Shown here: in pieces, positions 12,063 to 23,134 of the stretch
Numbering within the stretch: position 1 is the first letter of the stretch
Layout: every line of letters starts with the position of its first letter
DNA from: Coniocarpon cinnabarinum
Lineage: Eukaryota
NCBI GenBank assembly: GCA_051942205.1
Contig: JAVECO010000023.1
Span: 62,001 to 126,000, forward strand
Direction: 5' to 3'
Length of the DNA: 64,000 nt
Program-made: the position numbers and the translations under genes
The notes under the pieces: generated by a model
Told to the model about the DNA's origin: nothing
The model's input: only the letters and a program-made list of their open reading frames with translations
Databases searched by the model: none

Positions 12063-13037
12063 AATAGATGATTGCACTAAGGAGCTTGTCGGATCTTGTA
12101 GTGAAATCTGGTTTGATGGTAGTTGCACGCTCAGCGACCAAATCAAGCGCGAAAAAGCAAGGCAATGCCTCCTCGGTCTAGGTATAGCCTACTTGGCTAT
12201 GCATTCAGTCGGGTCGGAGGAATGGTCATAACATCAGCGACAGGCGAAGCGGCGCGAGCAGCAAAGTGCATGGGAGAATCAAGCTAAGGTCGCAAAGCGA
12301 GAGGAGAGAGTCAAGAGCGGCGCCCGCGATACGGGACGAGTAAGTATGTGAACAGAAGAGTTGGGGCTTTTGTTCGAGGTCACACAACCAAACAACGTCG
12401 CTTAGGTGGGGATTAAGATCAGAAACAAGCCACCGGGGGCTGATATGATGTCATTACAGATCGCACAGCCACACTTCTCGACCCTCTCGGCCGTCGGCTC
12501 CATAAACAGACAAGCTTCGTGCGAATGGCTGTATCTATCATTTTCCAGTATACCTAGCCCGCGGATCCAAACGCAATCACACAGAAATGAGACTTTGCGT
12601 TCTCAATCCAGTCCACGGAATCTTGCAGTGGTAATGCAACAACCGCAAGGGTCACGGACCGAAGTCGTCACTGGTTCTAGTAAGCCTTGAACTGTCGAGC
12701 AGAATGAAGAAAGCTACCCTTCTACGCATTGCAAAACCCCAAATCGCGTGACGGCAAGTACTCGCGCTCATCGCCATTGCCGTGTTTCTCCTTCCCGAAT
12801 CCCACTTATGCTTTTGATTGGTCATGCGTCCTTATTTCGATTCCCGGGGACATTTGACACCACGTACCGCCTTGGATGACCGAGTCGAAAACCGCGACGT
12901 GTTCCTGTTCCTAGGCAAAGGTGCAATGGCACCTGCAATAAGAAGCTTTGCTTCGCATTCATTTGTTACTACCGATGAAATTCCTCATTGTAAATCTATC
13001 TACTGTCGTGTCATAAGTTCGGCACGTTCGACACGTG

Positions 13038-14135
13038 ATGGCTTTACGTCCTTCTGCTGAAGGCATTGGCGAGCATCCTATCTCGCTCAAAGATGCTCTC
13101 AGCGCTAGCCCTCTCGACGACTGCTCCTACACAACGTTCATGCATCCTGACCATGGACATGGTGGATCCGCAAATGGAGGCTTCTGCGTATCCCAATTGC
13201 TGACAGCCCTCAAGATTCAATTTTGCACAACATTGAAGCATCTGGGTCAGCCTGACACTTACTGTGTGCAAGTCAGCTTCATGTCAAGGGTTCCTGATGG
13301 TGAAGCTCTGATCAAATTTGGCCAGCTTGCGCCCGGGCGCCTGTTTTCATTCATCCAGTTTGCAATTTTCGTCAGAGGCAAGAACGCAGTGACTGGTCAA
13401 GCATGTCATACAAATCTCGGTCTCAAGGTTGGTCAAACACTGACCATTTCCAATGTTCTACATCCACGCCCTGCGCCTGCAGATTTCGACAAAATGGCCA
13501 ACAATTCGGACCCTTACTGGATTCGCTTTGTGCTGCCATGGGATCCTTCTTCACTTATCAAGACGTTCCTTCATTTCGAGCGCTGGATACCACGATCTGC
13601 TCATCCGTTGAACTATCAGGAGTTCTGGCTTCGTATGCTTCCCCACGGATTACGCATTACCACAGAGATGCTGGGATCCCTGGTTGATGCATATCCACGC
13701 ACCGGTGAAAACTGGCGCGAAGGCTCCCCTGGAAATCATACCAGCTTACTTGCCCATAGCTACGCCCAGCAGCAAGCTGACATTCTGCTGTCTAGCTCTG
13801 CAACGGTTGCAGCAGAGTTGGTGTCCGCCTCGCAGCACGGCAAGCACGGCCTAAGTCAGGAGGATGATCCTGGAATGGCTCGGCAAGGTTTAGCTTATCC
13901 AACGATCATGATGAATCTGGAAATCAAAAAGAAGCTCCCAGCGGATGGCGTCGAATGGATGTATTGCCGAGCCACGACCAAGTCTGCACGAGGCGGTCGT
14001 CTTGATGTGGACGTCGTCTTAATGGATGAATGCGGCGATGTCGTTGCAACGAGCAACCAAATCGGTCTCATGGTTGACATCAACACAAACCAGATGAGGA
14101 GGCTGTACACCGGACTGAGAGATAGCAAGATATAG
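13038..14135 (+). CDS. Double-hotdog acyl-CoA thioesterase family protein with PTS1-like C-terminus (SKI)
   Basis: GGSANGGF, QPDT, YPTIMMNLEIKKKLPADGVEWMY...GGRLDVDVVLMDECGDVVATSNQI; ends RDSKI*. Confidence 0.8.
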   Translation: MALRPSAEGIGEHPISLKDALSASPLDDCSYTTFMHPDHGHGGSANGGFCVSQLLTALKIQFCTTLKHLGQPDTYCVQVSFMSRVPDGEALIKFGQLAPGRLFSFIQFAIFVRGKNAVTGQACHTNLGLKVGQTLTISNVLHPRPAPADFDKMANNSDPYWIRFVLPWDPSSLIKTFLHFERWIPRSAHPLNYQEFWLRMLPHGLRITTEMLGSLVDAYPRTGENWREGSPGNHTSLLAHSYAQQQADILLSSSATVAAELVSASQHGKHGLSQEDDPGMARQGLAYPTIMMNLEIKKKLPADGVEWMYCRATTKSARGGRLDVDVVLMDECGDVVATSNQIGLMVDINTNQMRRLYTGLRDSKI

Positions 14136-14439
14136 CACGAATACCATCGTGCATGGCCTCACTTTACCAATGATTGCGAAAGATTCGCAACAGGCTAGTG
14201 TCGTCTCAGATCATTCATCATGAGGACTACTAGCATCGAGTTGTGCATTAGGCAGCACATGAAATAGAGGTGCCTTCATCGGACGACGCTGTGTAGTCAT
14301 AATGGTCGGAGAGAGCAGCGGTAATATCCTTCAGCGTGGGAGAAGCACTAGAGACAACTTCAATCGATAACTTGTTCCGAATGCTGTGATGTTGGGGAAC
14401 TTCTGAGTCGCTACAGATGCTCCACCCTTGACTCCGCCA

Positions 14440-14459
14440 CACGTGACACGTGACACGTG
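14440..14459. promoter_or_regulatory. Three tandem CACGTG E-boxes (7-nt period)
   Basis: CACGTGACACGTGACACGTG about 330 nt upstream of the MYST HAT ATG; contains GTCACGTG twice on the minus strand. Confidence 0.45.
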
Positions 14460-14791
14460 CCCCGCGCTGAACCGCATGTTGAGCCTAGATATTCAGGCAG
14501 GGATCAATCCATCCAGGTGCTAGGCTCTAGCGGATCTTCTCTAACGCACATTCTCCTTGACATCGATATCGTGCTGACCGGCTTATTTGATTCTGAATCG
14601 CTCCACGACGAGGGAGAAGCTCGTTGATCTGTTCAAAATCATGGCCTGAATCTACTTTATGGTTCATCCTCCCTCCTTCACCCCTTGGCACACCCCGGTG
14701 ACCATGAGCAACCCCACCTTTACTACCGTCCCAGGCTGCTCCTGCTGCCTTTGTTGCGTTTGCGTTGCGCTTTCACTTGCTTACTCACCTC

Positions 14792-16375
14792 ATGTCTTCG
14801 CAAAAGCGCATGCGGACGCAGTCATCGGCGGTTTTGGAACCGGATAACCATAAGCGACGGGAGCTTAGCTCGGGACCTTTGGATATAGCAATGGGTGGAA
14901 CACTGTATGATCACGACGAACCTGAAAATAAGCCCATGCCTGCTAAAGATCGAGAAAAGCTTGGGGTTTCGCTCGACTCTGCAATTTATTGCAGCTATGA
15001 GATCACACCACTTTATCCCTCGTTCTTCCGTCAAGAGGTTATTGCAGCTCCACCACCTGGAGAGTCACCCATCGACGGCGGTCAAAGTTCGACCAATGTC
15101 TCTCCTTCTCCAGCTGCCCCAAATCGGCCACCAAAGTATAACGCTCATGTTGAACGCCTCTACATTTGTGAAACATGCTTTCGATACACGCCCTATCTAT
15201 CCGCTTACATGACCCATGTCAACGGCCGGTGCGCGAACATACATGCACCCCCTGGCCAGATCGTGTATTTATCACCGGGCATGCCGTACCATCCAACGAA
15301 GACGCTCGAGCCAAATTCTGATCCTCGCGCACCCTATGGTGACATGGAGCCTGTGTTAAGAAAATCCTCAGGCTATGCTTTATACGAGATTGACGGAGAC
15401 GAAGACAAGCTGTTCTGCCAGAACCTGAGCCTCTTTGCCAAACTTTGGGTTGAAAGCAAGAGCGTGGGGTTTGATGTTGGCGGCTTCACGTTCTACGTAT
15501 TGGTTGAAATGACGGCTCCACAACGTAGCGACGTTGCACCGCAGAAAATGCCTGGTGCGAAAGCCTCGCCTCGCGATACACGCAATCTTAGATCAGCTTC
15601 GGCATCCTCGGAGGAAGGTTCGCGTCCAACGGTCCCAGGTGAAGACGCACATCTCGACGAGGACGACGTTCCGAATCGCATTGTGGGCTATTTCAGCAAG
15701 GAGAAGAACAGCTGGGACAACAATAATCTGGCTTGCATTCTAGTCTTCCCTCCATGGCAAGGTCAGGGTGTTGGACAGTTACTCATCGAGGCCAGCTATT
15801 ATTTGGGAGAAAGAGAAGGGCGATTCGGTGGTCCCGAAAGACGTACGTCGAGTCCCCACCCAAAGAAGCATACAGGGTTTCAAAATTCTAATGTGTCTCA
15901 TCAGCCCTGTCAGAAAGCGGCCGCAGATCCTACGAAGCGTACTGGTCATTTGCTGTAGCTCAATCCCTCATTCGACTGTCTGAGCAAGAATCCGACAATC
16001 AACCAACAATCCTTGATGTTGCAAACGACGCATGGATCGTGCCAGACGACGTGATTGCGACTCTGAAGCGCATGGACTGGGCTGAGGGTCTTTTAGCAAA
16101 TGGAGATGAGGGTAGGCTTTGTCACATTTCACGTCTAGCCTATCTCGATTAACATCATGACAGAGAAAGCTCAACGTCTTGTGGTAGACCGGAAGAAAGC
16201 CATGGAATACCTTAGCTCTGCTGCGCCTCAGCGTAAAGGGCTTGAGAAAGATGGCTGGCTTTTTGACGACTCGTCTGGGGAGTCGAGTTCCACCGACGGT
16301 GAAGACGATTCCGATGAGGACGAAGTTACGACTGATGATGAAGAGGTCAACGAGGAGGAAGCGAGCGATGGCTAG
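14792..16375 (+). CDS. SAS2: MYST-family histone acetyltransferase, Sas2-type (introns ~15843-15904 and ~16112-16174)
   Basis: LYICETCFRY zinc finger, EIDGDEDKLFCQNLSLFAKL, IVGYFSKEK...NNLACILVFPPWQGQGVGQLLIEASY, GGPERPLSESG after splicing; short N-terminus lacking chromo/PHD domains; acidic tail. Confidence 0.82.
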
Positions 16376-16885
16376 ATGCTCGAGTGGGTACTCTCTTCAC
16401 TTCGCAAATATGAATACTAATCTCTTGCTTGCAATTGCTTGTCAAGAACACGTAGACTTCATTCAGTGACTGATGTTCTTCTGATCTTCGCTATTCGATG
16501 CCTACAATAGAGCCTACGAAGGTGGATGACCATTACGTTTAGGTTGCATTCCAACCGGTGCCAATCTCATTATTTGCACGCACCACACATGTTGGCTTCT
16601 CCATCCACTGTTTCTCCATTCAAATGACCAACGAATTGGGTTTGTTAACGGCTTCAAAATAGGACACAATGCTAGGAGCTCTATTGTGGCTCAATTTGGA
16701 TAGTATTCCATTTGGTAATTCAGAATGGGCACAGAATGACACGTTAGGGACACTGTCCTCACTTATGCATTCCGACGTAAGTTTTCCCCCACTGAAGAAC
16801 TTCTCCGGTATGATTGTCATCGCAACATGAGAAATGCTTGTCTCTGCGACATACTACAGGCTAAAACTTCCACTCCACAATACTA

Positions 16886-17458
16886 ATGACGCGAAGATCG
16901 CACTTTGTCCGGTTTTTTGAGCAGATCGTCCAGTTCGTGAAGGCTTTCACGCGCTGTGGCGTCCCTCTTCCAGCCACCCTCGCTACCGTGGAACCATCTC
17001 AAAGACCAACTGCGTCCCAAATTCCGGCTCAGCTCCTTCTTAAACTTCTTGAGGACTACATGGAGTCGAAGCTTGATTTACATGACGCAGTCCAAGAACA
17101 CTCGACGTGTACCAGAGAAGTTCGTGAGGTGTTGAGTCGTCGATTAGCCGGAGGCCGTCGTCAATGGATTCCCGGACGAAATTATAGCGTTAGCCATTTT
17201 CTCGAGGTGGCGCTTTTCAACAAGTCATGCCTGAGACTCGCCCGGCAGGTGCAGACTCGGCACGTGGCTGCGCTTCGGGCTCAATACGAGGAGAATGAAG
17301 AACAGTACATGGAAGTTTATCGAGAGCTCACGAGCGTGGCAGACCCGCATTTTTTGTGGACACGCATGTATGGGGAGTTCACCGCTGAACACTCTCGACG
17401 CCAAACGCGTCTCGCGGCTACGCGTAGGTGTTTGCGGAGGATTGTCCTTAGTATCTAA
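16886..17458 (+). CDS. Small split-F-box-like protein, array copy 1
   Basis: QIPAQLLLKLLEDYMESKLDLHDAVQEHSTC...EVALFNKSCLRLARQVQTRHV...ATRRCLRRIVL; visibly homologous to copy 4. Confidence 0.7.
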   Translation: MTRRSHFVRFFEQIVQFVKAFTRCGVPLPATLATVEPSQRPTASQIPAQLLLKLLEDYMESKLDLHDAVQEHSTCTREVREVLSRRLAGGRRQWIPGRNYSVSHFLEVALFNKSCLRLARQVQTRHVAALRAQYEENEEQYMEVYRELTSVADPHFLWTRMYGEFTAEHSRRQTRLAATRRCLRRIVLSI

Positions 17459-17981
17459 GGAATCCAGGAGCGTAGAAGAAGCAAATGTGCGACGACAGCA
17501 ATTTGGGCTCGAAATTTCGTTTTGTGGTCTGTCGCTTTATTCACGGTCGGAAACGCCTCTTACGACTGATTTGGTGTTCTTTGTAAGGCAATAGAGGCGA
17601 TCATTCGTGTAGCCATCTCCTAATGCTAGGACCTCATCGCCTGAGCCTGAGCACCGTTACGCATGTGAAAGAACATCTCAAGTTGGCGACGGCAGCTGTC
17701 CAAAAGCCGTGTCGTGCTCACAGTAGTAGATACGCTCTCCGTACAATATCGATTGAGGCCCTGCGTAATCCTGGCGCAAGAGAAAATCAACCAGATATGG
17801 TAAAATTGACCTTTGCAGAAGTGACCACTTGGGGATCGTAGAGGTAAATATCTATTCTACGGATGTGACAGCACCGACTCTCGGCCTACAGGTCTTCTTC
17901 AACATAGAATCTGTCATACTGCCGCTTTGTATCACGCATGCACGTCAACATCATTTACATTTATGAGTGTTGCTGAAGCCA

Positions 17982-18581
17982 ATGAACTTCCCACAGCTAC
18001 CGAACGAGATCCGGTGGACCATACTCAACAAGCTCTTGACAAACGAACTAACACTACATGATGAGCTCATCGATCATTCGTACGGTCAAAGCCAGTCAGC
18101 GCGTCCGGTCCTGGCCTACCCTCGCTCCTGCCGCTTCCCAGGCCCGCTCTGTCCACGCGTCGTACGGCGCAGTCTTAACGTTGCTTTAATCAATACACAG
18201 TCAATGATGATCGTTCGATCTGCTATCAGCAAGCATCTTGACATGTTGCAAGCAAGGTATGAAGCACTTGACCTACAGTTGCACAAGGTCGATACCATGG
18301 CGGGCAACGCTGACTCGGAGGATCTGCTCTGGAGTTGCAACCGCCAGTATGACGTTATTGCCAGACAGGTGCTTCGTTTGAAGGCGACGATAGACTGCTT
18401 AAAGCGTGTCAAACTGGATCTACAGGAGCCAATTGAGGCATCTGGGGCGGCTACAGAGCCAGAAGCAAGTCCTGGGTCCGACACGACGACCAACAGTCAT
18501 ATTCCCCAGACGTCAAGATTGCGCACACACCTACGCGATAGATTAACCGGACTTTTTGCGTGCTTTAGGCACTGGCTGTGA
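17982..18581 (+). CDS. Small split-F-box-like protein, array copy 2
   Basis: MNFPQLPNEIRWTILNKLLTNELTLHDELIDHS...NVALINTQSMMIVRSAISKHL...ATIDCLKRVKL. Confidence 0.72.
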   Translation: MNFPQLPNEIRWTILNKLLTNELTLHDELIDHSYGQSQSARPVLAYPRSCRFPGPLCPRVVRRSLNVALINTQSMMIVRSAISKHLDMLQARYEALDLQLHKVDTMAGNADSEDLLWSCNRQYDVIARQVLRLKATIDCLKRVKLDLQEPIEASGAATEPEASPGSDTTTNSHIPQTSRLRTHLRDRLTGLFACFRHWL

Positions 18582-19135
18582 GACTGTAGATGTCAATAAC
18601 AGCTGTCGTCACCGGTCTCGGTACCCAACCTTGCGGGCCCAGCAAGGCACAATTCCAGGCAATGAGACCGCAACGTGTGAGGTAAGAGCACTTGAAAGGT
18701 TTAGGCTCAACTAGAATTCGTGGTTGCAGAGCTGGCATGCTACATTCACTGGTTTCCAAGGTCAGACAGTGTGACGGCAAAGCGATCCTTGCGGTCACTA
18801 CAATCTGTCTCCGCAAACAAGCTCGAGCATGACGACGGGAAATATCAACCAAAATGTGGCGCGAATCATGATCCGACTAGGTATGCGGGAAAATTGGAAG
18901 GAGTGCCGGGAGGCTGACACGATAGCATGCTGTAGGCCAAGAAACAAAAGTTTTCGATTTAGGGAAATTAAATTGACCTAAGAGCGTCGCCACTGTCCTC
19001 TTCGCGTCAATAAGTCGCCATTAAGTGTTGTGCTAGGGCCGGCCGCGGGAATTTCAGCTGACTCCCGCTCTTTGTATCCTTCGATAATTTTAGCCGACGG
19101 CCCAGTCGCAGCACCTTTCTACACTCAACTCAGCC

Positions 19136-19681
19136 ATGACACCCTTCCTTTGGATCCTCCCACGGGATGTCCAGAGCCGCATACTCAACAAGAACATCAC
19201 CGCAGAGCTTGACCGCCATGACACAGTGCGCGATCATTCCCATTGTGCTCCCCCACCGAAGAATCGTTGGGGGACACGAGGCGTTGCATTTATTCTGCCC
19301 GCCCACGAGGCACTTCAACGAGTCCTGCGTACAAGCCTGGCACGCAAGAAATGGCGAGGCATTGTGCGCGACATGATCGAAAGGAAGAAACGCGCAGTGC
19401 AAGCCATCGTCACGGAAACCGAGGAGAAGATGGAGAACGTAGCCCGGCTGGCGCAATCTCCGGGTGGGGAGCGGACACGCGATATGTGGCAATCGGCGTG
19501 GGAGCATTGGCGGACAGAGCGCGATAATAGCCTCGAGACGCTGGTATGTTTGACGAGAGCTAGTCGGGTGCTCGAGGAGGGATTGGAAGGACGGGTCCAT
19601 AATGGAGTAGGACTTCAGGAGACTTTGTCAGGCTCGTCCTCTAGAGGAAGACGCAGTCGTCAAAGGAGGAGTGGTGATTGA
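19136..19681 (+). CDS. Small split-F-box-like protein, array copy 3
   Basis: FLWILPRDVQSRILNKNITAELDRHDTVRDHSHC...TSLARKKWRGIVRD...ETLVCLTRASRVL. Confidence 0.72.
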   Translation: MTPFLWILPRDVQSRILNKNITAELDRHDTVRDHSHCAPPPKNRWGTRGVAFILPAHEALQRVLRTSLARKKWRGIVRDMIERKKRAVQAIVTETEEKMENVARLAQSPGGERTRDMWQSAWEHWRTERDNSLETLVCLTRASRVLEEGLEGRVHNGVGLQETLSGSSSRGRRSRQRRSGD

Positions 19682-19943
19682 CCCTTGCTGTCATTCTCAG
19701 CATTTCAGCCGTGTTACGAAACCCACTTTACGAGATTCTTTACGTGCTACGCCATCGGGTGCTGATGCTTTGGGCATGAAGCTACATTCTGGGCGAGCGA
19801 GACCACATCTCCTGTTTCCAGATACTAACCATACTTAGCAGTCGTTGCATCCACGTGTCGGTCTGGCCTCTCCGGTCCGCGTTTGCGAGTCTGCTCAAAA
19901 TTGCGCCATCTGAGGCGGCGCCAATTGTCGCACAGATGCAGAT

Positions 19944-20438
19944 ATGCTGGCTTCCTTCCTACGTCGTCAGCAACCCCCAACGCCCTTTTCTGATCCCGAT
20001 CTTAGCCAGTGGGATTTCTCAACACTCTCGGATGATGTCAAGGTCGACATCCTGGCCAATTACGTGAGGCGCAAACTGAGCGAACACGACGCCATCGAGG
20101 AACACATCCGCTGCGAAAGAGGTGTCTTTGAACTGTCACGCGCCTGGCGCCTGTTTGTACCGCCGTGGATTCGGCCTGATCCCTGCATCAAGCACATCAT
20201 TGAAGTGGGGCTTTTCAACAAGCAGTGCGCGCGTATGGTGGGAAGATTAGTGGCCAGACATGTGGAGGAGTTGGATCGGACAATCCGCAGCCCTTCGGGC
20301 ATGGGGCTGAATGCCGAGTATTGGGCCCGGAGAGAAAAACTCGTGGGGACACAGAGATGTTTGTCATGCATAAGATTGGAAGTCGAGAGGGATGAGCGAA
20401 GAGGTAACGCGAGACGGAGATCGATATTGAGGCTGTGA
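19944..20438 (+). CDS. Small split-F-box-like protein, array copy 4
   Basis: DFSTLSDDVKVDILANYVRRKLSEHDAIEEHIRC...EVGLFNKQCARMVGRLVARHV...GTQRCLSCIRL. Confidence 0.72.
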   Translation: MLASFLRRQQPPTPFSDPDLSQWDFSTLSDDVKVDILANYVRRKLSEHDAIEEHIRCERGVFELSRAWRLFVPPWIRPDPCIKHIIEVGLFNKQCARMVGRLVARHVEELDRTIRSPSGMGLNAEYWARREKLVGTQRCLSCIRLEVERDERRGNARRRSILRL

Positions 20439-21581
20439 GGTCGCATTAGGAGGAGATGCCGAGCTCTAGAGATGGTCAGTGGACAAGTGACGGCGTCATT
20501 TCTGTAAGGATGGAGCGACTTGAACCGTCTGCTGATCTATACGCGTTTTTCGTGAACGTATGAGACGTCAAGACGCATGATCGGCGTACTGTGGATTGGA
20601 AAGTCACGCGAGCTAAACGAGCACCTAAAACAACCAATTTAGTAGGATCGAGATGGGCATTCAAAGCCACAGCATCGGATGCGTGGCCCCAATATAAGGG
20701 CTTGCATTGACTTCACCAGCACGAATCCCCTGCGAATCCGATGACGTGGTATCATGATCGTCCGTACCTTCGCAGTCATTCACCCTTGGCCTATTGTGCA
20801 TGTACTCTGAGGACCGTCACCTATCAAGCCTACCTAACACTCAATGGTTACGGAACCATCATAGTCAGCAGATCATCCGAGGTATCATAGCAACCTCTAC
20901 TGCACCGTCCTTTCAAGTTAGTTCGGGCACAATCCAACAGTCGGAGTTCGTCACATTCGCTGTCTATTCCATAAGACCAGCAGCAGCCCTAGAAGCTGTT
21001 TCTCGAAAGGTTCAAACTTGGTCTTCGGTGATCGATAGATGTCGACAGGATGCACTCGAAGATCTTGCATTTTATCAGTGTTGACAAATCGGAACAGCAA
21101 AATGTGACTGTCATAGAGTGGAAAGACAACGCAGCTTCATCTTTGACGTGCACCAGCCGCCCGGTCGAAGTGACGTGGTGATATCAAGTCCCGTCGGCCT
21201 GGTCCGAGGAGCGTGTGCGACGTTTGGAAATTAGCGCACGATACTGTGTGAGTACGATTCGAACGATGAAAATGGGCATACCCAAGGGTCCGGGCCTGAA
21301 GCCAGCAGCAGCTATACAGGAGCCCGGGCGACTGGGAACGGGCCCCAACTGCGTGCGCTGTTGGCTAACAGACGTTTGAGTATGCATCACCTACCGAAAC
21401 GAGAAAAGCTATCGGACCAAGCACCGAGACAACAACAGATTGGACCTGTGAGAACACAGAGAGCTGTCATAGACCTTTCGATCAATGAAAACCTGGATTT
21501 CTGAAAAGCACAGAAGCGCGCCGTGAGGTGAAATGCATTTTCTTAAAACTTTCTGAGGCTCAGGGTTGTCATTGGAACAAG

Positions 21582-22118
21582 ATGCCGCACCTCAGCCACA
21601 GCACGCACACAACGTCTTCTGAGCAACAACTTACACCACCAAGTATTGAGGGCTTTTCAGATTCGCTGCCAGAGGAAGTCAAGCTAAACATACTTACGAA
21701 ATACGTACGCCGAGAGCTTCAGAGACACAGTGCACTTTGGAACCACTCAGCTTGCAATGGTGCTGTTCGCCACAGCGAGCGAGTCTTTCGCATGCGCATT
21801 GGCGTAGATGATACTCATCTCAATGAACATATCCGGAACATGGTTGCGACAGCCATGATGAGCCGGCGAGCGTTCTGTACCGTAAAGGAAACAGTCCAGC
21901 ATCACATTAATGACCTCGAGAAAGCACTCGACGAGGAGAATGCAAGTCAGAGGGGTATAATGTGGGTTGGCACTACGTTCGTCGCTCGTCTGTCTCCCGA
22001 GTGTTGGAAGAAAAGGCAAGAATTGGAATGTTTGCAGGGGCTGAAACTGGAGGATGAGGACGAGATATTCTCCGGCAGAGATCGCGCAGCGGTTCCAAGT
22101 GTTCATTGTGGTGCATAA
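21582..22118 (+). CDS. Small split-F-box-like protein, array copy 5
   Basis: FSDSLPEEVKLNILTKYVRRELQRHSALWNHSAC...TAMMSRRAFCTVKETVQHHI...RQELECLQGLKL; ATG at 21582. Confidence 0.72.
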   Translation: MPHLSHSTHTTSSEQQLTPPSIEGFSDSLPEEVKLNILTKYVRRELQRHSALWNHSACNGAVRHSERVFRMRIGVDDTHLNEHIRNMVATAMMSRRAFCTVKETVQHHINDLEKALDEENASQRGIMWVGTTFVARLSPECWKKRQELECLQGLKLEDEDEIFSGRDRAAVPSVHCGA

Positions 22119-22777
22119 TTATGCGCACTGGGTCTCGAGCAAGCACCTCGATGCCTGAGCGTCGAAGTTGCCGCATGCCGAGCTCACTACACCGGTTCTC
22201 CGGGTTGCTCACACCATAGGAGGAACCCAGAGAGCACCAAGGGGACAGGTGAAGTGATGTGTGTGGTTCACGCCCGGTCCGTCCGTGAGCTAAGGACGAA
22301 CTGACCATGGTGGAGCATGCGGGACGGGTTGCTACCGTTTGTAAGAAACTTGCTTGAGGACATCAGCACATCGAGGGACCTGCAGTGTCAGATTGAGCAG
22401 CTAAGAAGCGGGTTACGGAGCAACATGTGATCGTCAGAGATCAGATGTCCAGTGCAACTCCGGGTTCTCGCTACAGCGGAGTTTAATTGTGTGGCTCAGA
22501 GAGTCCTGGCAGGCGGGTCGACAGGTCACGGAGTCACACAACCGTGATAAGGGACTGTTTGCTGCGTTGTTCATCGACGAGAGGAGGGAGAAGCTTTGTC
22601 TACGACCCTTCATTGCCACTAGCCAGGGGTGATAAATTTGTTGAGATCCTACGCTCACAAACTACCCAAAATAGAAGTATCCCCTCATCCGTGCCACAAT
22701 ATTTCTTGCACTCTCACTCCTTTTGTACATACTGTTACTACAATGATGCATTTTAATCAGAAACTGCCTGTGGCGGT

Positions 22778-23134
22778 ATGGCACTTCCGGTAGAAATACT
22801 TGACTTAATCATCTCATATCGACTTGTCGAAGCCTTCGACAGCGCGCGCGCAACCATTCATAGGTCCTCACCTTGCAAACTCCCTGTCGCAAGGGTTCAA
22901 GCCGAAAAGTCGGCGCTCAGAGTCATCCTCCCCTTGGTATTGACTAATAAGACCTTTAAGCATATCATCACGCGGCAGATTAGATCACTTGAGCGGATTG
23001 AGGTCAGAGAGCGGATGATCATGACGAAATGCTTCGATTCGAGGTACATATGCACGGCGGCAAGCGCAAGCGACAGACCGATGCGTGCTGTTCTCTTCAT
23101 GCTTGATGATATTCTGTCAGTGCTGGAGAAGTGA
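22778..23134 (+). CDS. Short split-F-box-like protein, divergent array copy 6
   Basis: MALPVEILDLIISYRL...SSPC...LPLVLTNKTFKHIITRQI; both F-box halves are recognisable but the His motif is degenerate. Confidence 0.55.
   Translation: MALPVEILDLIISYRLVEAFDSARATIHRSSPCKLPVARVQAEKSALRVILPLVLTNKTFKHIITRQIRSLERIEVRERMIMTKCFDSRYICTAASASDRPMRAVLFMLDDILSVLEK

Noticed and set aside
22150..22430. Fragment RDLQCQIEQLR as a further array copy
   Set aside because: Weak resemblance only; neither the F-box-like nor the His motif was found.
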